NCBI GenBank assembly: GCA_019358935.1
Contig: JAHHIK010000054.1
Span: 1-56,240 of the forward strand
Reading direction: 5' to 3'
Source of the DNA: Tolypothrix carrinoi HA7290-LM1
Lineage (GTDB): Bacteria; Cyanobacteriota; Cyanobacteriia; Cyanobacteriales; Nostocaceae
Length of the DNA: 56,240 nt
The notes under the pieces are model-generated. The model did not search any database. It had not been told where the DNA came from and saw nothing but the letters and a program-made list of their open reading frames with translations. Below, one piece after another: positions 32,488 to 42,827 of the stretch (the stretch's first letter is position 1; each line of letters opens with the position of its first letter). The position numbers and the translations under genes were made by a program.

Positions 32488-34548
32488 ATGGACAGTCCTA
32501 TTATTGCATTTACAATTCTTCTGACAGTAATCTTTACTGTACCCCCTATTTTTGAGAAACTGCGACTACCGGGATTAGTCGGTTTGCTGGTAGCCGGTGT
32601 AGTATTAGGACAAAACGGACTTAAGCTACTAGACTCTGAGTCTGAAACTATCAAATTGCTATCGGAAATCGGCAAGCTTTATTTGATGTTTGTCGCTGGT
32701 TTAGAAATTGATTTAGAGCAGTTTCGCAAAACCAAAAATCGCTCAATGGGTTTTGGAAGTCTGACCTTTTTAGTCCCATTAGTTGCTGGTATTCTTGTCG
32801 GTAAGTTATTTAACTTTAGCTGGAACTCTTCCTTTTTGATAGGTTCTTTGCTTGCCTCACATACTCTTTTGGCATATCCAATTGTCAGCCGCTTGGGAGT
32901 GGTGACAAATGAAGCTGTAACAGTCACGATTGGGGCAACGATTTTTACCGATACTGGTGCTTTACTAGTGCTAGCAATTTGTGTCGGAATTCACGCAGGA
33001 GAATTCTCGGCTTTAAGTTTAGTTACTTTGTTGGGTGGATTAGCAATTTACTCTGCTGTTGTCTTATTCGGCTTTGACTGGGCAGGAAAAGAATTCTTTA
33101 AACGTTCTGGTGATGAAGAAAGTAACCAGTTTTTGTTTATCTTACTGGCGTTATTTTTGGCATCTGTGGGAGCGCAGGTAATTGGAGTTGAAAAAATTGT
33201 CGGAGCGTTTTTAGCAGGTTTAGCCGTCAACGACGTTTTAGGACGTAGCCCAGTTAAAGAAAAAATTGAGTTTATTGGTAGTGTTTTGTTTATCCCTTGT
33301 TTCTTTGTAGACATGGGATTGTTAATTGATATTCCCGCATTTATCAAAACTCTCAGTTCAATTTGGCTAACTGTCGCAATTGTCGTGGCTTTGATTGGCA
33401 GCAAATTTTTAGCGGCATTTTTAGCTAAACTTCTCTATCGTTACAATACAGCAGAATTGCTAACAATGTGGTCATTGTCTTTGCCACAAGTAGCAGCTAC
33501 CTTAGCAGCAACGTTAGTTGCCTATCAAAGTTTAAATCCTGCTGGTGAGCGGCTAATTAGTGAGGGTGTGTTAAACAGTGTAATTGTTCTTATGCTGGTT
33601 ACTGCTATTTTGGGTCCAGTGATTACAGCACGAGTTGCTACTTCGCTACAAGTTAGCCAAACAGATGTTGAAACAGATCGTCTTTCAACTTGGTGGGATT
33701 CTGAGGAGGAAATATCAGAGGAAACTGATAATTTATTCACTGTAGTTGTTCCGATATACAACCCGCAAACCCAACGCAATTTAATAGAAATGGCTGCACT
33801 GTTGGCACGTCACGAACACGGACAAATTGTGCCATTAGCTATTACAAAAGCTTATGTGAATATGGATGCTCCGGAATTAATCACAGCACTTGATAAAAGT
33901 AAACAAAGATTGCAATTTGCTAGAGAAATCAGTCAAGAATTTGATGTGCAAGTGTCACCGGCAATTCGGATTGATGACGATATAGCTTTGGGAATTAGCC
34001 GTACTAGTCGAGAACAAAATGCTAGTTTAGTAATTATGGGTTGGTCGCGTACCACTGGCTTGCGTGCCCGTTTATTTGGTAGTGTAATTGATAGCGTTTT
34101 CTGGTCTTCTCACTGTCCGGTAGCAGTAACACGCCTTTTAACTAGTCCGACAAAAATTAAGCGAATTCTCGTACCAGTTGGAGACTTAACGCGACAAACT
34201 GTAGGTGCTGTGCGGTTTGCCCAAATTTTGGCTGATACAAATCAAGCGGAGATTGTGCTGTTACATGTGTGCGATCGCAAAACGTCTCAAACTCTAGTAG
34301 ACAAATTTGCATCTGGGTTATCTGCTATTGCTGCTCAAAGCAAGTTACAGGTGAATACAAATATCCAAACAATCAGGGGTGATTATATTGCCAGAGTAAT
34401 TATTCAGCAAGCTCAAGCGTTTGATTTAGTAGTTTTGCGTTCCGTCCGCTATCGCACCGCTGGAGGATTATCTGTAAGCGAAGTGACTACGCAGGTGATT
34501 AAAGAATTGAAAGGTTCGATTGTGTTACTGGGAGAACCTAACTCATGA
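32488..34548 (+). CDS. Cation:proton antiporter (CPA2) with C-terminal USP-like domains
   Basis: LMFVAGLEID, LLASHT, ATIFTDTGALL, GAFLAGL; soluble tail IMGWS...FGSVIDSV...HCPVAV; ATG 32488. Confidence 0.9.
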   Translation: MDSPIIAFTILLTVIFTVPPIFEKLRLPGLVGLLVAGVVLGQNGLKLLDSESETIKLLSEIGKLYLMFVAGLEIDLEQFRKTKNRSMGFGSLTFLVPLVAGILVGKLFNFSWNSSFLIGSLLASHTLLAYPIVSRLGVVTNEAVTVTIGATIFTDTGALLVLAICVGIHAGEFSALSLVTLLGGLAIYSAVVLFGFDWAGKEFFKRSGDEESNQFLFILLALFLASVGAQVIGVEKIVGAFLAGLAVNDVLGRSPVKEKIEFIGSVLFIPCFFVDMGLLIDIPAFIKTLSSIWLTVAIVVALIGSKFLAAFLAKLLYRYNTAELLTMWSLSLPQVAATLAATLVAYQSLNPAGERLISEGVLNSVIVLMLVTAILGPVITARVATSLQVSQTDVETDRLSTWWDSEEEISEETDNLFTVVVPIYNPQTQRNLIEMAALLARHEHGQIVPLAITKAYVNMDAPELITALDKSKQRLQFAREISQEFDVQVSPAIRIDDDIALGISRTSREQNASLVIMGWSRTTGLRARLFGSVIDSVFWSSHCPVAVTRLLTSPTKIKRILVPVGDLTRQTVGAVRFAQILADTNQAEIVLLHVCDRKTSQTLVDKFASGLSAIAAQSKLQVNTNIQTIRGDYIARVIIQQAQAFDLVVLRSVRYRTAGGLSVSEVTTQVIKELKGSIVLLGEPNS

Positions 34549-34699
34549 TCTTCAGCCATCGCTAATCTACAACAATTTAATTTACGCGCTTCGCGATCGC
34601 CACAATAATACTTTAATTACATTACAGCACAAGGCTTTTTTGTCAAGATGTGCGCGTGCTGCATTTTCGCTTTTGTCAAAATCCGCTTTGACCAAAACT

Positions 34700-34884
34700 A
34701 GGGTGTAGGGTGCAGGGTGTGGGGTGTGGGGGGGGAAGAGAAAATCGTATTTTTGTACTCCAGGACCCGAAACCAACAGGGGTACTTGCGTTCCCCCAAA
34801 TCGTAGATTTGGTGGTCTTTAATTGGTGGTGGGTTCTTGCGAACACCAATTACCCTACACCCCATACCCCACACCCCACACCCT
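34700..34884. mobile_element. Inverted-STRR-armed element
   Basis: (GGGGTGT)n left, (ACACCCC)n right; core hairpins CCAAATC-GTA-GATTTGG and TAATTGGTG...CACCAATTA. Confidence 0.5.
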
Positions 34885-34982
34885 TCCTTTTGACAGGGAT
34901 GGGTAATCTAATATATAATCTACGGTAAGTCTATCGAGTTACAGTAATTAAAATTTTAGTTTGATTGAAAGGAGCGGTAAAA

Positions 34983-35213
34983 ATGGCGATCGCCCAACAT
35001 ATCAAAATTCATCCTCAGAAGCGCATACATCAAAGTCAACAGTGGAAATTTTTAGAATCGAGTGCAGCAGCAATACATCGGCTGTGGTGGCATAGTAAAG
35101 CATATGCAACAGTTTTAGGCATCATGCTGTTAACTTTTGCCAGCTTAGGCTTTCTCTACATTCATTGGTCTGGACGCACTTTGGTAAGTGCAAGGCAGAA
35201 TAAAAAATGCTGA
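34983..35213 (+). CDS. Small hypothetical membrane protein
   Basis: AGGAG upstream of ATG 34983; one hydrophobic segment. Confidence 0.5.
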   Translation: MAIAQHIKIHPQKRIHQSQQWKFLESSAAAIHRLWWHSKAYATVLGIMLLTFASLGFLYIHWSGRTLVSARQNKKC

Positions 35214-35349
35214 AAGCAGAAGGAAAAATGCTGATATTGACTGCTTTTTGGTTGTTAATATTTACCCTAAGTCTAAGTTTTTATACTTAGGTTTATTGTT
35301 TAATAGTTGCAGCATCACAAGCCAAAGTTAGAAAAAGAACTTGAATTAA

Positions 35350-36162
35350 ATGACCATACCTTCAAAGCTGCGTGTTATATCTTATTTAGCTCCGAATTAC
35401 TTTGATTTCTACGCAGCTATTACAGCTTATCTCGGTCGTGTATTGCAATTAGAAACACAGTTACATCAAGGTGAATGCGACCCCCTGGAAGATCCGTTAT
35501 TATTACAAGATCAACTTGATTTAGCATTCATTTGTGGATTACCCCTGATTCGATATTGTCAGGTGGTTTCAGACCAATTGCAGACATTGGTAGCACCTGT
35601 GATGCTTGGGTCGCGCTATAAAAACCAAGCGATTTACTTTGCAGATGCGATCGTTAATGCTTATAGCGATCTTAAAGTATTTGCAGATTTGGCGGGTAAA
35701 ACTTTTTGCTACAACGACCTTGGTTCTAATAGTGGCTATAATTTGCTGCAACATCGCTTAATTCAAGACGGACATCACCAAAGTTTTTTTAACAAAGAAA
35801 TACAATCAGGTTCGCATCAACGTTCTATTCGCTGGGTAGTTGATGGCAAAGCAGATTGTGCGGTAATTGATAGTGTAGTCTTAGAACAAGAATTACGCGA
35901 TTTTCCCGAATTGTCTAAGCAATTGCGTGTAGTGGAGGTATTGGGACCATCTCCTATGCCACCTGTCGTAGTAGCGCAGCGTTTGGGTAAATCGTTGATT
36001 CAGCAGATGCGCTACAGCTTACTCCAACCAGATACAGAACTGCAAAAAGCGATTGATAGATTCGGGGTGAAGCGTTTTGCAGCGGTGGAATTAAAAGAAT
36101 TCAGCGTGCTGTTGTCGGGGAACGAACATAGAATAGAAGCCAGGAGTCAACATAATTCATAA
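35350..36162 (+). CDS. PhnD/SsuA-type substrate-binding-fold protein (no signal peptide)
   Basis: DLAFICGLP, YNDLGSNSGY, SGSHQRSIRWVVDGKADCAVIDS, GPSPMPP. Confidence 0.85.
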   Translation: MTIPSKLRVISYLAPNYFDFYAAITAYLGRVLQLETQLHQGECDPLEDPLLLQDQLDLAFICGLPLIRYCQVVSDQLQTLVAPVMLGSRYKNQAIYFADAIVNAYSDLKVFADLAGKTFCYNDLGSNSGYNLLQHRLIQDGHHQSFFNKEIQSGSHQRSIRWVVDGKADCAVIDSVVLEQELRDFPELSKQLRVVEVLGPSPMPPVVVAQRLGKSLIQQMRYSLLQPDTELQKAIDRFGVKRFAAVELKEFSVLLSGNEHRIEARSQHNS

Positions 36163-36302
36163 TTAATAATTCATAATTCAGGCATTACAATCAGTTAATT
36201 CCTTGAAAGAGTGAAGCTGATTGTTGACCACTGAAATCGGGGAATTCAGTGTTCGCTCTTTACCCATTTAATTATAAATTATGAATTATGAATTAGTAAT
36301 TA
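36152..36302. mobile_element. Inverted-STRR-armed element
   Basis: (AATTCAT)n left, (ATGAATT)n right; core hairpins ACAATCAG...CTGATTGT and CACTGAA...TTCAGTG. Confidence 0.5.
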
Positions 36303-36582
36303 TTTGGTCAAAGAGTAAATTACACCACAGAGCGTTTGAAATTTCATTCCGGCTAACTTCTTTAGATTTATTTACATAGTTAGGTATTTTTTCACCCACC
36401 TAGTTATCAACTATTGAAGAACCGTTTTTTTGAAAGCACGGGCTACCGCGTTCCATGCCAATTTGTAGTTCATATCTGCATTAAGTCGCAACTATTGACT
36501 TCAGCACCATCTTGTCGGTGTGTATCTTAATGAGACTTATGCAGTTTAAGCTTAAAAAAGGTAACCTTAAGCCTTGGTTGGG

Positions 36583-36820
36583 CTAAATGGCGATCGCATC
36601 ATCATATACTTGGTTGGGATGACCGGGGTTGAGTTTTTCGCTCTTGTTCCCTTAAGTAGCGCGTGAGGAGGACTTTGCGTTTATCTTTGCGTCCGAGTGT
36701 ACCGTTATCGCCGAAGGTTTCCTTATTGTAGGCGTAGACTGAGTGCCATTTCAGGTTATTTTCAAAGTAGTCAGCGGTAGTTTGTTGTACAAGCTTATCT
36801 TCGGAATATTCGGCGCTCAT
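36583..36820 (-). pseudogene. hsdR: N-terminal remnant of type I restriction subunit R
   Basis: SEDKLVQQ...W.SVYAYNKETFGDNGTLGR..RKVLLTRYLR, then a frameshift to EKLNPGHPNQVYDDAIA, ending at HIP1 36590-36597. Confidence 0.75.
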
Positions 36821-37177
36821 CGGCGGTTTTCGGTAATATGGGTAGCTATTCTATTGATAGCCTTGCTGAGATAAAAGTAACAAGTATCACTGATAACCCC
36901 AGCTTAATAAATCTATATTTTATCTCTCCTCCCCTTGAAAAGGGCAAGGGTAGGGGTGGGGTTTGAATGGTTTATCATATAAATATCCTGTTCTTGAGAT
37001 TCGCCCAAAAAGTAATGTTTTGTGGATATGTAACGGGCGTAGCAACGAAATTAAATGCAAGCTTTATGGTTGGATTTTGCGAGTTGGAAAAATTAGATGA
37101 ATGCACCTCATTTTTACCTGATTAACAGTTTTTTACTTATACCTTATTGTGGATATATTAAGAGGTTGAAAAATTAG

Positions 37178-37636
37178 ATGACAGCACCTCAACCAACAGT
37201 CTTTACATCAAAGCTTTACGAACAAGATTTTTATCTGTGGATAGAAACGACTGCTAGGCAGTTAAAAGAAGGGAAATTTGCTGAAGTTGATTTAGCAAAT
37301 TTGATTGAAGAAATCGAAAGTATGGGGAGAAGTGAAAAAAGAGCTTTAGAAAGCAATTTAGTAGTTTTATTAATGCACCTCCTAAAATACAAATATCAGT
37401 CAGAAAAACGCACTAATAGTTGGCTTTCTACTATCTTTGAACATCGACGCAGATTAAATAAAAATTTGCAAGATAGCCCAAGTTTGAAAAAGTACTTCGC
37501 TGAAAACTTTATGGAATGTTATCAAGATGCACGTCAGCTAGCAGCTTTAGAAACTGGGTTAACCCTTGATACTTTTCCTGTAGAGCCTTTTTTGACTGCG
37601 GATGAATGTTTGAATCAAGAGTTTTTACCTAATTAA
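37178..37636 (+). CDS. DUF29 family protein
   Basis: LYEQDFYLWI, NLIEEIESMGRSE, LLMHLLKY, SW..TI.EHR, DSPSLK, ETGL..FP. Confidence 0.93.
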   Translation: MTAPQPTVFTSKLYEQDFYLWIETTARQLKEGKFAEVDLANLIEEIESMGRSEKRALESNLVVLLMHLLKYKYQSEKRTNSWLSTIFEHRRRLNKNLQDSPSLKKYFAENFMECYQDARQLAALETGLTLDTFPVEPFLTADECLNQEFLPN

Positions 37637-37743
37637 TTTAATTAGGACTTAGACAAAATTGTCAGAAAACTCGTTGTTTGTAACTCATGTGATAGAAAAG
37701 CGATAATAAAGCAAGTTATGACTTTTAGAGAAAGGATTTAACG

Positions 37744-38109
37744 ATGACAGAAGCTAAAAACGTACTTTCTGAACAACTTGAGCCTTGCTGCACTTCCCCC
37801 ATGACTGGATATTACCGCGACGGATTTTGTCGTACAGGTGGTCAAGATTTTGGGGTACACGTTATTTGCGCTCAGGTAACAGCCGAATTTCTAGAGTTTA
37901 CCAAGTCGCGGGGCAACGATTTGAGCACCCCACATCCAGAATATCAATTTCCCGGTTTGAAAGCAGGCGATCGCTGGTGTTTATGTGCTTCTCGTTGGCA
38001 AGAAGCTCTTGATGCTGGTGTTGCTCCACCAGTCGTGCTTTGTGCCACTCATGCTAGAGCCTTAGAAGTCGTTTCCCTAGACGATTTGAAAAAAAACGCC
38101 CATCAGTAG
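37744..38109 (+). CDS. DUF2237 family protein
   Basis: NVL..LEPCC..PMTGYYRDGFC, GNDLSTP, GLKAGDRWCLCASRW. Confidence 0.92.
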   Translation: MTEAKNVLSEQLEPCCTSPMTGYYRDGFCRTGGQDFGVHVICAQVTAEFLEFTKSRGNDLSTPHPEYQFPGLKAGDRWCLCASRWQEALDAGVAPPVVLCATHARALEVVSLDDLKKNAHQ

Positions 38110-38186
38110 TAACGCAATGAAAGCAGCGTTATTCTTACGATCGCTTTCTTGGTATATTCTGTAAGCTAAAACCTCATGGCTAAACT

Positions 38187-38429
38187 ATGTCCACAGAATT
38201 CGCCATTAATAGTAAAGTCCGAGTTGTGGCACTACCGCCCTACGTAAAAACCGCTGACCCCATGCCCATGCTGCGCCCCCCCGATGTCATTCACATTGGC
38301 GAAGAAGGGACAGTCATTGACCGTCGTCCCGGAGGATATTGGGGTATCCGTTTTGCTAAGGGAACCTTTCTCCTCGATAGCCAATACATCGAAAGCGCAG
38401 ACACCCCGGATATATCTCACAAAGAGTGA
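38187..38429 (+). CDS. sipA: SipA (NblS-interacting protein, DUF3148)
   Basis: PPYVKTADPMPMLRPPD...GEEG...RRPGGYWGIRF..GTFLLD. Confidence 0.88.
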   Translation: MSTEFAINSKVRVVALPPYVKTADPMPMLRPPDVIHIGEEGTVIDRRPGGYWGIRFAKGTFLLDSQYIESADTPDISHKE

Positions 38430-38485
38430 GAATAGCAGCCACCAAAAATTGTAAACTTATGTAAAGTTATAATTTTGGTCTGCAC

Positions 38486-39037
38486 ATGATTTCTCGTCGC
38501 ACTTTTTTGAGTATATTATTTGCCAGCTGCTTTGCTGTCATTACTTGGTTGAATTTTACCCCTGCTGCTAATGCTTTAGGAGGCAAACTCCCAGCAATTA
38601 ATCAACCCGCACCTTTATTTACCTTGCCAACCAACACTGGTGATGGTGAAATTTCTCTGTCTGACTTGCGTGGTAAGTGGACAGTCCTCTACTTTTATCC
38701 CAAAGACTTCACCTCTGGTTGCACCATCGAAGCGCGTCGTTTTCAGCAAGATTTGCCCAAATATGTCGAAAAAAACGCGCAAATTATCGGTGTTAGCGCT
38801 GATAACGTTGATTCACACGCCGAGTTTTGTGATTCAGAAGGGTTAAAATTCCCCTTATTGGCTGATACCACCGGATCGGTTAGTAAAGCTTACGGTTCTT
38901 GGATTGGCTTTGTCTCGATGCGCCACAGCTTTATCATCGATCCAAACGGCATCCTGCGCGAGACTTTTGTCAAAGTCAATCCAAGCATCCACAGTACAGA
39001 AGTTCTCGCAAAACTCGAACAACTGCAATCGTCTTAG
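38486..39037 (+). CDS. Peroxiredoxin Q/BCP family with Tat-like signal
   Basis: SRRTFL, YFYPKDFTSGCTIEA, second Cys in HAEFC. Confidence 0.92.
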   Translation: MISRRTFLSILFASCFAVITWLNFTPAANALGGKLPAINQPAPLFTLPTNTGDGEISLSDLRGKWTVLYFYPKDFTSGCTIEARRFQQDLPKYVEKNAQIIGVSADNVDSHAEFCDSEGLKFPLLADTTGSVSKAYGSWIGFVSMRHSFIIDPNGILRETFVKVNPSIHSTEVLAKLEQLQSS

Positions 39038-39185
39038 GGAATAGGTAATAGGGAATAGGTAATAGGTAATAGGTAATAGAAAGAAATTATCCCCCTTGTC
39101 CCCCCCATCCCCCCACTCTCCCACTCCCCCACTCCCCCACTGATTCGCTACGCTATTGATATCCTGGTTTATTCAAGCAGGTGCT

Positions 39186-39662
39186 ATGGATTTTCAACGC
39201 AAAACTACAGGCGAAAGTGCGACAAATAATATAGAATTTGCTCAAGCAACTACTCGTAAGCCACTGGAATTGCTGCGGGATACTGAAGCTTTGCTACGTC
39301 GCCCTACCGTAGCAACACTGATGCCGATTTTGCCGCCTAAGTTAGGAAATAGATTGCAAGAACTGCAAGAAGTAGCAGAAGATTCGTTGACAGATTTGGC
39401 GTTGATTGATCTGGAGAAAATTAGCGATTGGGAAATGCGATCGCCACGAATTCGCCTTGGTTTAACCTTTATTGGCTTTGGGGCGCTGATGATTGTTGTG
39501 TTGCTGTTATACTTGAACACGCTACACCCAGAACTCAGTACAATTGAGCAGATTCGGCAATACTGGTATCAATATGTTTGGTTTGTCAACTTGGGCGTGG
39601 CAGGGATGTTTATGCTTGGTCGAGAAGCAATGCGTCCTTTGAAAGTGGGGAGTAGGGAGTAG
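39186..39662 (+). CDS. Hypothetical membrane protein
   Basis: Two C-terminal hydrophobic helices; ATG 39186. Confidence 0.65.
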   Translation: MDFQRKTTGESATNNIEFAQATTRKPLELLRDTEALLRRPTVATLMPILPPKLGNRLQELQEVAEDSLTDLALIDLEKISDWEMRSPRIRLGLTFIGFGALMIVVLLLYLNTLHPELSTIEQIRQYWYQYVWFVNLGVAGMFMLGREAMRPLKVGSRE

Positions 39663-39817
39663 GGAGTGGGGAGTAGGGAGTAGGGAGTAGGGAGTAGGGG
39701 GGCAGGGGGGAATTAAAGAAAAATTAATTTTTTTGAGGTATTATTTTTAATTTGGAATTAAAGCGAAGCAACAGTCAAAATAGTATCTTGGTATTGTGAA
39801 TTTTAAATTTATGACTT

Positions 39818-40687
39818 ATGAATCATGACGCTTTTATAGTTCGACCTGGAGCAAAGATTTCTTTGCAAAAAGACTACGACCCAGCTTATAAGGATGATTA
39901 CCAGGATAAAGCTGAGGCAGAAATAAAATTGCAGGCAGATGTTGAACGATTAGCAAAATACCAAAATATTCTTTATGCTCAAAACACCTATGCGTTGCTG
40001 ATTATCTTTCAAGCAATGGATGCGGCTGGAAAAGATAGCACTATCAAACATGTAATGTCTGGTGTTAATCCCCAAGGATGTCAAGTATTCAGTTTCAAAC
40101 AACCGAGTGCGGAAGAACTTGACCACGATTATCTTTGGCGCAGTATGAAAGCTTTGCCAGAACGGGGTCGAGTCGGGATATTCAACCGCTCATATTATGA
40201 GGAAACTTTAGTAGTTCGCGTGCATCCAGAACTGCTGAAAAAGCAACAACTTCCCTACATTCCTGAGGATAATCGAATTTGGCAGCAGCGCTTTGAAGAA
40301 ATCAATAATTTTGAAAAATATTTGGTAAGCAATGGAATAATCATCCTTAAGTTTTTTCTGAATGTTTCTAAATCAGAACAGAAAAAACGCTTTTTAGCAC
40401 GCATTGAAACGCCAGAAAAAAATTGGAAGTTCTCTGCCAGCGATGTGATTGAAAGAGCGTTTTGGGATGATTACATGCAAGCTTACGAAGATATTTTTAA
40501 TCATACCAGTACTGAATCAGCACCTTGGTATATTATTCCTGCCGATCGCAAATGGTTTACACGTCTAGTAGTTGCCGACATCATCTGTAGCAAATTAAAA
40601 GAACTTAATCTCAGATATCCCACCGTTAGTGAAGAACATCAGCGGCAACTTCTCAAGGCAAAGCAATTATTGGAAAATGAGGATTGA
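39818..40687 (+). CDS. ppk2: Polyphosphate kinase 2 family (class III-like)
   Basis: FQAMDAAGKDSTIKHV, FKQPS..ELDHDYLW, FNRSYYEE, KNWKFS, APWYIIPAD.KW. Confidence 0.94.
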   Translation: MNHDAFIVRPGAKISLQKDYDPAYKDDYQDKAEAEIKLQADVERLAKYQNILYAQNTYALLIIFQAMDAAGKDSTIKHVMSGVNPQGCQVFSFKQPSAEELDHDYLWRSMKALPERGRVGIFNRSYYEETLVVRVHPELLKKQQLPYIPEDNRIWQQRFEEINNFEKYLVSNGIIILKFFLNVSKSEQKKRFLARIETPEKNWKFSASDVIERAFWDDYMQAYEDIFNHTSTESAPWYIIPADRKWFTRLVVADIICSKLKELNLRYPTVSEEHQRQLLKAKQLLENED

Positions 40688-40989
40688 GTGGAAATGGGGC
40701 ATGGGTAATTGGTAATTGGTAATTGGTAATTGGTGAGCCAGCGCGGTCATGTTCGTTACCCCCATGAGCGACTGGCGAACCCCGAAGGGGTAATTGCTAA
40801 TTGCTAATTGCTAATTGCTAATTGCTAATTGCTAATTGCTAATTGCTAATTGCTAATCGGGACGCTTGGAAGCTTGAAAAGAATTATTACCATTCCCCTT
40901 CCCCATTTTCGCGTTCCCCTGCAACAAAGAGTCGCCTTATGTGGACAGGCTTGTGAGCGTAGATCCGCTGCTGTTACTACAGTTCTTAA

Positions 40990-41063
<74 letters not shown>

Positions 41064-41074
41064 GCAATTTGTCT

Positions 41075-41103
41075 ATTATAGCATAGTTTTTTTGAATATG
41101 CAA
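41075..41103 (-). promoter_or_regulatory. Sigma70-type promoter of tRNA-Val
   Basis: Minus strand TTGCAT-17 nt-TATAAT with extended TG, 11 nt upstream of the tRNA. Confidence 0.75.
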
Positions 41104-41109
41104 ATATTA

Positions 41110-41155
41110 ACAGCACGCGATCGCCTAATCTTATTCGCGCTCGATCGCGTGCTGT
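41110..41155 (-). terminator. 14-bp hairpin after the upstream gene
   Basis: ACAGCACGCGATCG...CGATCGCGTGCTGT, 6 nt past the stop at 41162; weak U-tract. Confidence 0.5.
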
Positions 41156-41161
41156 AACTAA

Positions 41162-42656
41162 TTATTTGAGTTTTTTATATGCTGCTGTAAGCAACTGTTG
41201 TGCTTCAGCGTAAGCGGTTGTTCCAGGTTTGATAGTTCTTAGTTGATTGATGATACCTTGCATTTCCCCTTTAAATTGATTGCGATCGCTTGGGGGTGAA
41301 GCGATTAAATTTTGAATTTGCCGATTTGCAATTATAGAGAATTTCTTGTGATTCTTGTTCTGCTGAAAAGCGAGTTTGCACAATTCCCACATTGGTTTGG
41401 TATGTCGCAAGTAATTTTTGCGCTTCCAGATAACCCGGTTCTTCAACTCGGATGCTTTCTAACTGTGCGATCGCTTTTTCCCACAAATTTTCAACTTGCT
41501 TCCACTCAATCGCGCTGTGGGGTGGATTTTGTGATGCTTTTGCGGCAGCGAAGGCAAATTGCTTGGCACTTTCTATTAATGTACCGCTGCGTTGATCGAC
41601 AACGCTACTAATTTTTATTTGGTAGCTGGTGAGTAACTTTTGTGCCTCAAGATAGCGTGGATTTTCCTGAGGAATTTCGCCCAGACGAGTAATAGCTTGT
41701 TGCCATAATTGAGATGCTGCTTGTGGTTGCTTTTGTTTAATTTGCTCCGCTTCGATGTCAAATTCTTGCGCTGCGGCAATAAATGTACCGATGCGAGCAT
41801 TTTCAAAGTCGCGTTTGTAAGCTTTGAGTTTGATTTCGGCGGTTTCGGCAGAGAGAGTCACATTGGGAATTTGTTCTAAAGAATCAATTGCAGCTTGCCA
41901 AGAGGCGATCGCTTTCTCTCGCTCTGAAGCATTTTTCGCTTGTTGATATTGCTGCTTTGCACCTTCGAGCGTTTCTTCACCTTTATTGAGTGACCCAAAC
42001 GCATTCTTTTCTTGAAAAACTTTAGCATCCATCCGCGCTACTTGCTGACGAGCTTGTTCAAACTCATCTAAAGTGAACTTCCAAGTGCAAGCAAATAAAC
42101 CGCAATAAGTTTGAGGATAGTAGCCTAAAAACCAAACTGGCAAATTGTCAAGATGTTTTTGTGCTTCTTTAACTTTTCCTGCACCGCGTTCGATATCAGC
42201 TAGGCTAGTAGCTTTATTAACCAGTTGATCTGCTTGCTCAACAGCGTTAATTGCCCCACGATAGTGATAGTCTATACTCATGTAGCTCGGTAAAAGTAAA
42301 ATCGGGGCATTTTTGGCAATAGGACGGCGAATCATCGGAAAAGGCAAATTTACTAGCCAAATCACCCCGGCAGCACTTGTCAAAAGCATCATCGTCCATT
42401 TGATTTTGCTGAAAATACCAGGTGGTTGATTAGCTCGTGCAGCTTGCTTGAGAGCCTTTTCGTTGAATTGCGGATACACGTCAACCACTGTATCGCGCAA
42501 TTCATCTAAAGTCGCGGGAGCTCCTTTTTCCTGTCGCATTTTTTCCAAGCGCTTGATTACAAGTTGCTGCTCGATTTTGCTAACCTGATCGACACCACTA
42601 CAATTTTGAACTTCAGCACGCAAGATTTCAAAAGCTCGATTGTTAAGACAGTACAT
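41162..42656 (-). pseudogene. Helical-repeat membrane-anchored hypothetical protein with a frameshift near the 3' end
   Basis: ORF 41271-42656 has repeats ending Y.EAQKLL; the next repeat (TIKPGTTAYAEAQQLL) lies in the overlapping frame ending 41162; shift at about 41331-41340. Confidence 0.7.
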
Positions 42657-42827
42657 ACACGCTTATGGGTAACTTATAATTCTAGTATTCCCACTTGCGG
42701 CAGCTAACTTACATAGAATACTGAGTGCTACATTCACTATAATTGCGAATATAACTCTAGACGGTTAAAACTAAAGCCCCACTATCGTTAGTATTTAGAA
42801 AATGTTGAAAAAATTATCCTAGATATA

